NCBI RefSeq assembly: GCF_009914755.1
Contig: NC_060947.1
DNA: 64,000 bases
Origin: the human T2T-CHM13v2.0 reference genome, Homo sapiens
Direction: 5' to 3' (one strand)
Made by a program: the position numbers and the translations under genes. Positions 24,348 to 36,995 of the stretch are shown here, piece after piece (position 1 is the stretch's first letter; every line of letters begins with the position of its first letter). The notes beneath the pieces are model-generated. The model ran no database searches, had not been told where the DNA came from, and saw only the letters and a list, made by a program, of their open reading frames with translations.

Positions 24348-25553
24348 AGGTAATGCTGAAGCTACTATTTCATGGATCACACTTTGAGTAGCAAGAAACT
24401 AGAGAATATCTGGCATGTCCGTACATGGCCTCATCTGTAATCGTGGTACCTTCAGCATTGTCTGTGAGAGCAAAGCTGTAGGAAAAACAAAAATGTTCAT
24501 TACCATTAGTCCAAAAAAATACATTGTGGCTCATTCTTATATTGGAATATTCTATAACCATGAAAATAAATACCCTAGACCTATAAGAATCAGACCATAT
24601 ATTCGTATGAAAAACGAAATTTCAGATCATGATTATAAGGAGAATAAAGACACCTACAGTATGAAAATATATGCATACAACATATATATAATACTTTAAG
24701 AATGCTTTTATTCACGATAAAATTATGAAACAATTTATGGGGAATATAAACACCACGTTCTGGTTATGAGTTACATCTGAGGAGTAAAGGAAGGACAAGT
24801 GAAATGAGGGGATGGGCTCAAACATTCGTCAAGTTTATTGCTTAACCTGGTTAGTGGATACACAAGTGTTCATTTTATAGCTCTCTATAACATTTTGCAT
24901 ATTTGATATGTTGGATTAGTAACAAAAATTTTAGAAGCTGAAGGTTTATTCTACCATAAACATATACTCATTTTACCAAATGATTAAAATACAGTTAATT
25001 ATAGAGATGAAAATATCAATAACCAACGATCCCATCATCGCTGGAAAAAGAACTGTTAACATTTTCCTGAACTTCATTCCCTTATTTTTTGTTTGCTTGC
25101 CCACGTGCAAATGTACTGCATTGACATTTCATAGAACTGTGATATATACGCAGTTTTATGCTGTATTGTTTTGTTGATGTTTTAATTAATATTAAATAAT
25201 TTGCTATGGGGAAAGTATTGAACTTCAATTTCTATCAAACCGTATATACATGCACCTGTCTCATTTCTAGAACCATGCATCTGAATGCACGGATTGGAAA
25301 TGCCAAATATGTCTTATACTAAATAATGTTACATATCTGAGACTGCTCCCGAGCTTTTTACAGTCCCCCTTTAAACTGTATGTCAACCAGTTTGTTCCCA
25401 ACAAAGATGAAGGTGCAGCACCACAGAACAATTACATTGCCTGGCAATGCAAACCCCATTCACACGACTCTCCTTTTGGATGGTTGGGAGGAGTAACGAT
25501 AAATACGATGAATGATGCAAATGCATATTCATCACTAGAAGATGCTGGGCATT

Positions 25554-25725
25554 TGATATGGTTTGTCTCTGTGTCCCCCCACACAAATCTCATGTTAAAT
25601 TATAATCCCCAAGTTTCAGGGAAGGGGCCTGGTGGGAGGTGATTGAATCAAGGTAGCAGATTTCCCCCTTGCTGTTCTTGTGATAGTGAGTTCTCATAAG
25701 ATCTGATGGTTTAAAAGTGTGGCAC

Positions 25726-25765
<40 letters not shown>

Positions 25766-25959
25766 GTCTCCCTCCTGCCACTATGTAAGTTGTGCCTTAC
25801 TTCCCCTTTGCCTTCTGCTATAATTGTAAGTTTTCTGAGGCCTCCCCAGCCGTGCATCCCGTACAGCCTACAGAACTGTGAGTCGATTAAACCTCTTTTC
25901 TTTATAAATTGCCCAGTCTCGCGTAGTTCTTTATAGCAATGTGAAAATGGACTAATATA
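25554..25959 (+). mobile_element. MST-family MaLR solo LTR
   Basis: TGATATGGTTTG...GGACTAATATA; 5-bp TSD-like gcatt/tcatt. Confidence 0.85.
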
Positions 25960-27289
25960 TCATTGCTCTGCTTGCTTTCAATGCAGTGATCCATTTACTC
26001 CTCATGTCATCTTTAAGGGGCAAGTACCATCCCAATTCCCATATAGCCCAAGAAGAAAGGTGAACTCCGGAGAGAGAAATTGCTTCCTCGAGATTAAGTG
26101 CCTCTCAACTAAAGGACAAATCCACATGTATCTCACTCTACAAACTCCACGCCCACAACCACTGTTTCTGTATTGCGTCTTCTTCTCCGTTAGAGCTGAG
26201 GCCAGCACAGGACGAGGGACTCACCCAAGGTCCTCTGGTTCACCATGGGTGCCAATATTGCTTTATTCTCATTTATGCTCTTTTTTAAAGACTTGGTGGG
26301 AAATGCTCCTCTGGTATCAAACTAGAAAGGAAATAAGAAGATTGGAAATCACCTGAAATAAAAGCAAATTATTTTCTTCTCCTTCTTAAAATTCCTTGCT
26401 TTTCCCAAGACACGGAAATGACACCCAAAACTCATACATTAGGTAAATATCTGTATATTTCTCTTTTCTGGCTATTATTTCCAGGTGTTCTCTAAGATAG
26501 ATACGCTCTATAGTTTATTTGAAAGACATCTCTCTTATGGGAGGAAGTGAAATGGGCAGTATTAATGTTTTTCCAAGTCTTACAATGTGCCAGGCATTTC
26601 TATAGGGTTTCTCCTTTTTTCCCCACCAGAGCTCTCTGAGGAAGGTAACATTCCCGTTTTACAGATGATCAAGGATAGACCCACAGAACACTATACTTTT
26701 TCAGGGTCACACATCAAGTCATGAGCAGGAATGGGCTTCTCTCTCTTGCCCGCCTCACAATACCCCCGTTAGCCTCCCTTTCAGATGATGGGCTTCCAAA
26801 GCTTAAGGAGTGATTGTTTTAAGCTGTCCTAGAATTGTATCCACATGGGTACTCCCTCAACATGATATTCAGTATAGGAATAAAAACCTTGTGCCAGAAA
26901 CCTGGGTGTAGGAGCCACATGGCTGAGCTGGTCCCTGAGGTGTTAAGCAAGGCTTACATGAAAACGGAGTTGTTGCTCTCTCTGGAAGGTGGCCTGAAAA
27001 AGATTACTGACGTTTGCGCAAGGATTTTAATCCACAGGTAATTTATCTAATTGAATTCTTACAGCTATTCAAGTTACTGTTCATTGTTGATATTATTCAG
27101 ATCAGGGTACAGGGGTTATGGGAAGTTAAGCAACTTTCCCTAGAGAAATAAACTTGTAAATTAATGTCCAGGAACTCAAAACCTATAATTACACAGAGCA
27201 CCATTATTTTTCTGCTCCGTTATCTGCGAAGACAATCAGTGAACCTAAGTGTGTTGTTTGGGGTTTCTTGTTAACAATGAGCATTACTG

Positions 27290-27291
<2 letters not shown>

Positions 27292-27343
<52 letters not shown>

Positions 27344-27345
27344 CC

Positions 27346-27419
<74 letters not shown>
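27292..27419. repeat. Long interrupted (CT)n polypyrimidine tract; mirror (GA)n 48811-48933, 4 bp shorter
   Basis: Direct observation; the coordinate sum changes from 76226 to 76230 here. Confidence 0.95.
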
Positions 27420-27420
27420 C

Positions 27421-27714
27421 ACAATGTTTCAGTTAACGATGGACCACATATATGACAGTAGTTCTATCAGATTATCATAGAGCTGCCCTATACAGGTGAC
27501 TATTTTGTATCTTTTATACCATATTTTTATTGAACCTCTTCTATGTTTAGATACACAAATACTTAGCATTGTGTTACCATTGCTTAAAGTATTCAGTACA
27601 GTAACATGCTGTACAGGTTTGTAGCCTAGGAGGAATACGCTATAGCATATAGCCTAGGTGTGTAGTAGGCTATACCATCTAGTTTTGTGCAAGTACACTC
27701 TATGATGTTCACAC
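27421..27714 (+). mobile_element. Tigger3/Golem (MER7) DNA transposon, 5' portion; mirror 48516-48809
   Basis: gtattcagtacagtaacatgctgtacaggtttgtagcctagg...aagtacactctatgatgttc. Confidence 0.85.
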
Positions 27715-29035
27715 TTTTACGGGATCTTTGGGGTGTCACTTTTCTGGCCGGAAACCTCTGTGGCCTGTGGCACCTTTGCTTGAGTTTTTCTTGGGCCCAC
27801 TGGGCTCATTCCACCCACTCGACCTGGCAGGCTGCGCTCAGCTCATGCTACCGGCCTGGATCACACGCCTGCCATGGGAGACTGCATGGAGCAGCGAGGG
27901 GTGTGTGAGCAAGTGTGTTGTCCAACCACTGCACAGTCAGAAATGCCGGCTGCTGCAGCGGGTGGGGAGCTCCAGGTGCCAGCATGGGTGCCAGCTCTCC
28001 ACTGGGCTGCCACTTGACCAGGTGCGCCACGGCTTCCACAGTTGGCACCAGGGAACGCTGTGGTGCCTTGAAGCTTGGAGACGCCAGGAACTGCAGTGCC
28101 TCAAAGACAGAGTCACAGCCCTGGCTCAGTGAGCTCCTCAGTCTGGGCTCCCAAACGGCCGCAGCTCTTCTTTCCTTCTCTTCACCTGCAACATGATGAG
28201 CAAGGGGCATGCCTCAGCCCTGTTTGTGTTACAGATCCTTTAGCCTCATTCAGTGGGTCCTGAGTTCTTATCCTGTGCCCAGGAAGAATAAGGTATGCAG
28301 ACAAGTGGAGGGTGGGCAAGACGAAGAGGAGCGTTATTGAGCAATAGAACAGCTCAGAGGATACCCGAAGGGGGCAGCTCCTTTCTGCACCCAGGGTGTC
28401 TCAATGACTGTTCAGCTGCTAGCATGGAGGGTAGCTTCTCTCTGCTAGGCAAGTCAACCCGACAAGTGTTCAGCTATCAGCAGAGAGGGTAGCTCCTCTC
28501 TGCAGCTGGTCATCCCATCATCTGCACAGCTCTCAGCAGAGAGGAGGCCCTAGAGAGTGGGTGGCTCCTCTCTGCAGGCAGGTCATCCCATCATCTCCCC
28601 ATTGTCTCTTCATCATCTCTGCAGCTCTCAGCAGAGAGGAGGCCCTAGAGTGGGTTGCTCCTCTCCGCAGCTGGTCGTCCCAACGTCTGCTCAGCTCTGG
28701 CTTATCCCAGGGCTTTTATGGGCCTCGGAGGGGAGGAAGTGCATGCCAATTGCTCCATGGGTGGCCATGGGCGGGCCCAGAAAGGGCACCACAAGTTCCC
28801 ACTCCAGTCCGAAGGACTGGCAGCCCGACCCCAGCCCAAGTCTGGTCCCGCTCTGGTCCATGGGACTGGCAGCCCAGACTTTGGGCACCGACGAGCATAG
28901 GAGGGAAGTCAAGGGGTGGCTGAGGGCAGCTCAGTGCTGGCCCGCAGGGTGCCCCTTGGCACCTACAGCCTGGGCAACATGAACGGCAGCAGGAGGCAGA
29001 CAGGTTCCTGGGCAGAAAGGCATGGGTCCCCGGTC
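27715..29035 (-). mobile_element. MER52-like ERV1 LTR, 3' portion
   Basis: Terminus ttacgggatctttggggtgtcacttttctggccggaaacc; internal CAGAGAGGAG repeats. Confidence 0.75.
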
Positions 29036-29399
29036 AGGGACTACAGATTTATCTGAGTTTTAGCCACTCCGCATGTAACCAGGCAAAAAGCCATAAAAGC
29101 AGGCGCCCAGAAACATTTCCTCGTCCAAATGTCAACTTCTCTCCAATCTTCTGCTTGCTTTCAATCTTTCTCAAGTGCTTTAAAATAATGAACAATAAAT
29201 GTTAATTATTCTGTGACACAGTTACAGAAAATAAGCACCACTAAATCTTAGCATGAAGCAACAAGAACGCAGAAATGTCATTATTAAGGCATCAAAATGT
29301 ATACATCATACAGTACTCTAAGCAAACCATGGTATAAAAACATGTACTATGATAATCTCATAAATATTGTAAGGAGACAAATAGGTACTAATGGGAAAT

Positions 29400-29908
29400 T
29401 GTTTTTAAAAAAAGCTTTATTGACACATAATGATTGCACACATTTATGGGGTACATGTGATATTTTGGTACGTACGTATAATGTGTAATGATCTAATTAG
29501 GGTATTTAAAATATCCATTGCCTTGAACATTTATAATTTCTCTGTGTTGGGAGTATTTCAAATCTTCTAGCTATTTTGAAATATACAATAAATTGTTAAC
29601 TACAGTCAGCCTACTGTGCTATCAGAAGAGTATGGAGGTTTCTCAAACAACGAAACATAGAACTACCATATGATCCAGCAATCACACTACTGGCCATTTA
29701 TCCAAGGGAAAGGAAATTGGTATATCAAAGGGACACCTGCACCCCTATGTTTATTGCAGCACTATTCACAATAGCCAAGATAGGGAATCAACTTAAGTGC
29801 CCATCAGCTGACGAATGGATAAACAAAATGTGGCATATATGCACAATGGAATACCATTGGTTAAAGGGTACAAACACACAGTTAGATATAAGGAATAAGT
29901 TCTAGTGT
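29400..29908. mobile_element. L1MA-type 3' fragment with inverted 5' segment; mirror 46322-46830
   Basis: 3' terminus on - (29400-29623) joined to upstream L1 sequence on + (29624-29908; CTPMFIAALFTIAK). Confidence 0.7.
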
Positions 29909-30727
29909 CCTCAAGTGCTTTTAGATAGTTATTTAAGTTGTTTCCCAGGGTTTATAATTGCTAGCTATGGGAGGTTTGGTTCAATGTGACTTACTTTGCC
30001 ATTACTGGAAGTAAAACATGTACTCTGCCTTTAATTATGAAAAGAATGAGCCATTGACTTTCTTGCCTGAAGAGGTTGAATGCAATTTAATTGTGAAAGT
30101 GAGGGATGTCTACCTCAGTCGAAATGGAGAATGCAAATAGGGATGAATTCCTTAGTTACCATAGGCAAAAAAGGTTTCATGTGTAGATCTATATATTTAG
30201 AAAAGTGAAACATTAATTTAAATAAATCATGTTCTTACCAGAATGCCTTAATTCGAAATATGTGAGCTCTTATAACAAATTATTGGAATTGACTTTCCTC
30301 CATAGCATACAGTGTCTTAAACCATAGCATGTTCCCTTCAGCTACACTCTCAGCTGAAATAAATTTGCATGTGTGTGTATACACACATACGTATGTGTCA
30401 GGTATGAACATATAATAAATATATAGAGATATATTTTCAAGGGAAAATGTAATCTTATCATAACATCTCTTTGCAACATGCTTTTTTCACAAAACAGCAT
30501 ATTTTCCAAGGAATGGAACACATTTCTAACATGTTATTTTTTTGGTTTGCTTCACAAACAGGCTTATCCTGCGTTTTCAAAAATATTATTTTGTTTACTT
30601 TACCTGGTTATAAAATTAATGTAAATTTTCTGCCCAAAACAAGTAATTGTTTTGTATTTTCCTTTTCCTCTATCTATATTATGGTATTAATTCAGTTATA
30701 TAAATTATAAATCAACATATACATTTT

Positions 30728-30790
30728 GTGTGTGTGTGTATGTGTGTGTGTGTGTGTGTGTGTGCGTGTGTGTATATATACACACACACG
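30728..30790. repeat. (TG)n/(TA)n/(CA)n microsatellite; mirror 45440-45502
   Basis: Direct observation. Confidence 0.9.
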
Positions 30791-30839
30791 CAAGGAAAGA
30801 AAATGTTTCTAAATTTTTAACTTTGTTTATCAGTAGGTG

Positions 30840-31190
30840 TCATCAACCCTAAACAACAGCTAATGTCCTTTCTGTCTCTATGGCTATGCTTATTCTGGAT
30901 GTGTCTTACAAATGGAATCATACAGTATGTGACCTTTTGCATCTGACTTATTTTAGTTAGCATAATGTTTTTAAGGTACGTGCCAGTAATTTTTTATGGC
31001 TGAATAATATTCCATTGTATAGATGTACCACAATTCACTTGTACATTTATCAATTGATGGGCACTGGATTGTTTCCATCTTTTGGCTACTATTTATAATG
31101 TTGCTGTAAATATTCATGTACAAGTTTTTGCTTGAACACCTGTTTTCAATTCTCTTATGTAAAGACCTAGGAGTGGAATTGCAGGCCGTG
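30840..31190 (-). mobile_element. L1M 3' fragment; mirror 45040-45390
   Basis: aatggaatcatacagtatgtgacc, gctgaataatattccattgtat. Confidence 0.7.
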
Positions 31191-32113
31191 TGTTCATTTT
31201 TAAACAAAGCTGATTTTACCTGTGAAAAATTGATTAAAACAAATAGACAAATAAATAAACAAACCTGTTTTTATGGTATTACCAAATGGCTGCCTGGGAG
31301 CAAAGAGACCATCAGGGAATATGGACAAATAAAATACTTGAACCTTTGAGAGAGGGTATTTACCAGGTAATGGTTTTCTACGGTTACACATAAATATTAA
31401 AAATGCAGAAGGCAGCAGGAGTTGCTTCTGTTACTGGAAATCCAAATCCATTAAATTCATTCTCTAGGCTTTTAGGCACTTAGGGTTATGTTGAGTATTT
31501 GTGACACAATTCTTACAAAGGCATAAAGCATACCATTCTGTAAACAGGCAAAGACTGTTCAGACAAATATCTATGCCTAATGTGAGCCGATTCAATTGAA
31601 ATGCTGTCCCCACATCACTCACTGGGTCAGAGGAAAATATCATGGCCAGAGATAACTTGGCACAGAACTGAATTTATCCAAGATGTATTATCTTTGAATA
31701 CCCCATTGTGACCTGCCAGCTGGAGGTCACACAAGAAAATATGACAGCACTAAATATGGCAAACAAAAGTTCATTCTGTCCCATCAAACATTTTTCTAAT
31801 GTGGTATTTAAAAGTTTTTTCAAATACGAACTTCCTTTATTTGTTTAAAAATGGAAAAATGTGCTTGTTTATCATATTCACCTCAGAAAGTCTATGTGGC
31901 ACATCAGGGATGTGACGTAGAAAACTTTTAACTCCAGGAAAGCCAAACTCAAAAGCCTATGGGGTCAAGTTGATAATGTAGATAATACAAGCAGGGCTAT
32001 ACAAAAATAACAAGAACTTTTGCTAACACAAGTTAGTACCCTCTCTCCAGTTTTACGGAAATGAACAGTAGTCTTAGTCTTTTCTTCACCACTTTTCACA
32101 AATTTTATTTTTT

Positions 32114-32250
32114 AGCCGGGCACGATGGCATGTGCCTATTGTCCCATCTTACTTCAGGAGGCTGAAGTGGGAGAATTCCTTGATCCCAGGAGTTTGAGAC
32201 TACCCTGGGCAACATAGTGAGACCCCGTCTCTAAAACAATAAATAAATAA
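32114..32250 (+). mobile_element. Alu monomer (FLAM_A-like) with TSD aaattttatttt; mirror 43980-44116
   Basis: gccgggcacgatggc...gcaacatagtgagaccccgtctct + A-rich tail. Confidence 0.85.
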
Positions 32251-32795
32251 AATTTTATTTTGAATAGAGAAGTAATAATTGTATTATTTATTAGGTACAA
32301 TGTGATGCTTTGAGATACGTAGATAGATAGGTAGCTAGATAGATAGATACACACAGATTGTGGAATGATGAAATCAAATGAATTAACATAGCCATCACCT
32401 CACCTATTTATCGTTTATTTTTAGTCAGAATGTTTAAAATCTACTCTTTTAACAACAAATATTTTACTTTTTACTGTAAGAAAAACAACAGCAATAACAG
32501 TACAATAAAGACTAATATTCTGTGTATGTGTGGGGATAGGAAGTGACAGGAACCACAGTGACTGGGGATAAAGAAGCTGCTACTCAGCTCCAGCCAGTTG
32601 TTTCCTTAAGGGCATGCAGGAATCAGTAGCATTCAGTAGCATTTCTATATACTAATAACATCCAAACTGAGAGCCAAATCAAGAACACAATCCCATTCAG
32701 AATAGCCAAAAAAAGAACAAAATACCTAGAATAATACCTGAATAATATTCCATTGTATGGATGTACCACATTTCACTTGTACATTTATAAATTGA

Positions 32796-34803
32796 CAGCC
32801 AAGGGGTGTGTGAACCAGCATGGGGTCCACCCACCGTGCAGTCCGATATGCTGGCTGCTGCAGCACAGCAGGAAACTCCAGGTTCCAGCATGGGTGCTGG
32901 CTCTCTGCAAGGCTGCAGCTGGACCAGGAACACTGCAAGCAGCCTCCACAACTGGCACTTGGGAACACGGTGGCATCCAGAAGCTTGTAGATACCAGGAA
33001 CTACAGGGCCCAAAGAGGGAGTCATAGCCCTGCCTTGGGGAACTCCGAGGTCTGGGCTTCCAGAAGAGCCACAGGTGTTCTTTCCTTCTTTTGGGCCACA
33101 ACGTGTTGAGCAAGGGATATAATATGTTTTGGCTGTGTTCCCACCCAAATCTCATCTTCAGTCCCCATGTGTTGTGGGAGGGACCCGGTGGGAGGTAATT
33201 GAATCATGAGGACAGGTCTATCCCATGCTGTTCTCACAATAGTGAATAAGCCTCATGAGATCAAATGGTTTTAAAAATGGGAGTTTCCCCACACAGGCTC
33301 TCTCTTTGCCTGCCACCGTCCATGTAAGACATGACTTGCTCCTCCTTGCCTTCCACCATGATTGTGAGGCCTCCCCAGCCATGGGGAACTATAAAACCTC
33401 TTTTTCTTCCCAGTCTCAGGCATGTCTTTATCACCAGCATGAAATGGACTGATACAGAGCATGTCTGAGCCCTGTTTGTGTTACAGCTCTGTTAGCCTCA
33501 TTTGGCAGGTCCTGAGTTCTTATCTTGTGCCCAGGAAGAATGAGATATGCAGGCAAGTGGAGGGTGAGCAAGATGAAGAGGAGCTTTATTGAGCAATAGG
33601 ACAGCTCAGAGGAAATCCACAGGGGACAGCTCCTTTCCACAGGCAGGATGTTCCAATGAGTGTTCATCTCCTAGCAGAGAGGATAGCTCCTCTCTGCTAG
33701 GCAAGTTCTGCTAGAACACTTGCCTGACAAGTGTTCAGCTATCAACAGAGAGTGTAGCTCCTCTCTGTACCTGATTGTCCTGTTGTCTGTGCAGCTCTCA
33801 GCAGACAGGAGGCCCTAGAGTGGGTGGCTCATCTCTGCAGGCAGGTCATCCTGTCGTCTCTGCAGCTCTCAGCAGAGAGGAGGCCTTAGAATGGGTTTTT
33901 CCTCTCTGCAGCTGTTCAGCCTGATGACTGCTCAGCTCTGGCTGAGCCCGAGCCTTTTATGGGACTCAGAGGGGAGGAAGTGTGAGCTGATTGGTCCATG
34001 GGCAGCCATGGGCAGGCCCAGAAAAGGCACCACAAGTTCCCACTCTGGTCAATGGGACTGGCAGCTCAACCCCCAGCCTTCTGGCCCTCCCTGGCCTGAA
34101 GGTGGGGCCTCACCAGGGACCCACCCCCTTCTGCCTAGAAACCTGTCTGCCTCCTGCTGCCAATCACAGCGCCCAGACTGCAGGTGCTAAGAGGAGCCTG
34201 CAGGCCAGCCTCAGCTGCCCTCAGCCTCCCCTCGGCTTCCTGTCAGTGCCCAAAGAACGGAAAGGGCCAGGGCGGCAAGGGGCTTTCATGTCAGCACTAC
34301 ACAGAGCCTGTGCAAACCGGGCCGGGCTGCAACAGTGCCTGGGCTTGGCTCCAACTTTGCTCTAAGATTGGAGTGGGCACAAACAGCAGGGAGAAACCAG
34401 GCAGCTGGAGCAGGCACTGCGATGGCATGGAGGGCCTTCTTGGGCCCCCGAGTGCAGAGATGCCTGCGTCCACAGCTGTGTGGGGTGGGGGCGGGGCTCT
34501 TGCCTGCTCCCTGGAGTGGGAGGCCCAGGTCTGCAGCTGTGGTTTGGGTGGCTGCAGCTGTGCTCTGGAGGGGGGGCTCCCGCCTGCTCCCACGCCCAAG
34601 AGCACAGGGATGTCTAGGTTCACAGCCATGGCTTGGGTGGCTGCAGGGGCACACAGGGAGTTCCCACCAGAACTTCGAAGGGGCCGGGCTCCCACTTGTC
34701 CCCGCTTCCACTGGCTCCATGGAGGGTGCAGCCCTGGCCACATCTCCCTGCTGCAGCCAGCATGATGGCAGCGGCCACTCCAGACAACCTGCCGCTGCCA
34801 TCA
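32796..34803 (-). mobile_element. MER52-like ERV1 LTR in spacer (5' end intact, 3' end truncated)
   Basis: Reads TGATGGCAGCGGCAGG from 34803 on -; diverged homologue of 27890-29000. Confidence 0.75.
33120..33456 (+). mobile_element. THE1 (B/C-like) MaLR solo LTR nested in MER52
   Basis: tatgttttggctgtgttcccacccaaatctcatctt...gaaatggactgataca. Confidence 0.85.
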
Positions 34804-34874
34804 ATACAACAACAAAAATCACCTAACCATGCCTTTCTCAGAAGGTATCGCCATTGTTAAGTGACACATGATTG
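34804..34874 (+). mobile_element. Tigger3 3' terminus with TIR followed by TA
   Basis: aacaacaaaaatcacctaaccatgcctttctcagaaggtatcgccattgttaagtgacacatgattg-TA. Confidence 0.75.
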
Positions 34875-36789
34875 TATATATTTAAACACAATCTGTATTG
34901 CAAAATTTAAGAGTACAATGTATATAAAAAGCTGGAAGAAAATAGTTGCAACCTGTATTGCAGATATATGGTTAATATCCTTGATACCTTAACCAACAGA
35001 GAAATGAGCCAAAGATTACAACAGAGAAAGTACATGAAAGTAACATAGATACCCAGTGAACATTTGAAAATATGCCCAACGATATAAGTGACGAAATGTG
35101 AAACAAGCTCTCATACTACATGAAAGAGATAAATATAAACACAGTATGTAGAGAACAATCACAAGTTTATAAAAGAGTATACTTTTACATTTGGATAAAT
35201 ATCTGTGCATTTTATTAAGACATATACAAAAATCACAGAATATACATCAAATTATTAATAATGAATATCTTCTGGTTGGGGTGGGAGTGCAGACTGTACA
35301 GTTAATATACTGATGTATTAATTTGGGAAAATGAATAAACCTCAAAATGCTACTTTCCATGCTGGTTATGAAACCTCCTTTTTGATAAATAATAATTATC
35401 CTTACCTTGAAATAGCCATTTACTTCTTTCTTTCTTATTTTAGAATATATAATTCATACTAAGAGTTACTCTATTTAAGTGGCTATGACTCTGTGCTGAG
35501 AGAACTGATGGACAAAACTGCCTAGGGTCAGAGTAAAGAGGTCACAATGTGCACAGATGTAATGCTCCTAGGGCAGTGACCAGGACTTCACAAATAAACA
35601 ATGGGTGCCAGTACTGTCACCTCCCTGAAGGTAGAAGAGACCATTCAGCTGGGCAGTGATAAATCCAGCCTGGATGCCACACCGCCCCTTCCCAGGAGAG
35701 CATCCATAAAGTGTCTGCTCATATTAGGACACCAGAGGGAGGGCTCTGCATTGGACACAACATATTTGTACTATAATTTATAGACATAATTAATATACCT
35801 GACATATAAGGAAATCTAACTAGCTAAAAGAGTTGTGTACATGTCTACCAACAGGTAATTTAAAGAAAAAAATGAATGGCAATGGCAATCAACATATTTA
35901 AAATTTCTTAACCCCACCAAAAATTAAATCTAATAAAAAGCTCTGAGATATATAAATATATAAGCAAGATATAGAACATAATATGCAACATGATCTGATT
36001 TTTGAAGAATATATATTTCCATAAGGATATACACATGTCATATTTTAAAATATAAATGAGCCCACAGAAACAAATCTGGATAATATTTACAAACTGATTG
36101 AGTGATTATCTTGAGAAAGGACATAGTAATAGGGGAAACACAAGATAATGCCTCTTATAATTGTATATTTCTCCAGTGTTTTCAAGAGCTGGGAAACACA
36201 GCACACTGATTTTTAATTAGCAGAATAACCAAGATACAATTATGACAGCATAGAATAAACCTAGTTGTGGTTTGATTTACAAAACTAATGCTGAAAAATA
36301 TATTTCTGGACATTAAAAGATGTTAAATATCCTGTAACATAAAAAGGAGGTCACATACCACATTATATTTATAACCACACACATACAAATTCAATCAACT
36401 GGGTTTAATTTGAGAGAGGGGTCAAAGGAAACATCCTGTCACATGAATTAATACCCACGGGCTCTGTCTCCATCTCTGCTTAGTGCTTTGTCTGCCATAT
36501 AACTTCCAGAAAGTTTATTCTGGTGGGCTTACACAGCCCTCCTTTCCCTCCTTCCCTCCTTCCTAGATCCCTTGCTAAAGTGATATCCAAGCTGCAGTTC
36601 TGGATTGGGTCAACAGATGGCATTGACTGATCTTCAATTTCATTTTTCAATAAAAAAATAACTCATTTCACAAAATGAACAAATTGTACTTTGAATGGAG
36701 ATTTTGAAAAAGTATGGAAATAAAATCAAAATTCGTTCCTTAACTCAGCAATTAACACTTTTCATTTACTACTTTAAATTTTGTAGAAT

Positions 36790-36995
36790 ATGGTTCTCAA
36801 ACTTCAGCTTGCATCAGAATAACTTGGGGAGCTTGTGACAAACTGGGGAGTACATGTACCCCATAAATTTGTACAAACAACAAAGAAAGAAAAGATTGCT
36901 AGAACCAACCACAAGAGTTTCTGATTCAGTAGGTCTAGGGTGGAGCCTATGAATTAGCACTTTCTAGCAAGTTCCCAGGTGATACTGACACTGCT
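36790..36995. mobile_element. MER5A fragment
   Basis: tggttctcaaacttcagcttgcatcagaat...gtttctgattcagtaggtctagggtgg...caagttcccaggtgat. Confidence 0.7.

Larger units (their letters stand above)
12226..32733 (+). repeat. Left arm of large inverted repeat (palindrome); very likely extends past the window start
   Basis: Reverse complement of 43497-64000; paired ORFs have constant coordinate sums (76226 outer, 76230 inner). Confidence 0.97.

Noticed and set aside
28330-28700. Repeated CAGAGAGGAG/CTCTCTGCAG units resembling a spaced repeat array (also 33600-33930)
   Set aside because: Internal tandem structure of MER52-type LTRs; not CRISPR, eukaryotic context
34184-34860. Overlapping 150-190 aa ORFs in the spacer
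   Set aside because: Lie in the GC-rich 5' part of the MER52-like LTR; non-coding
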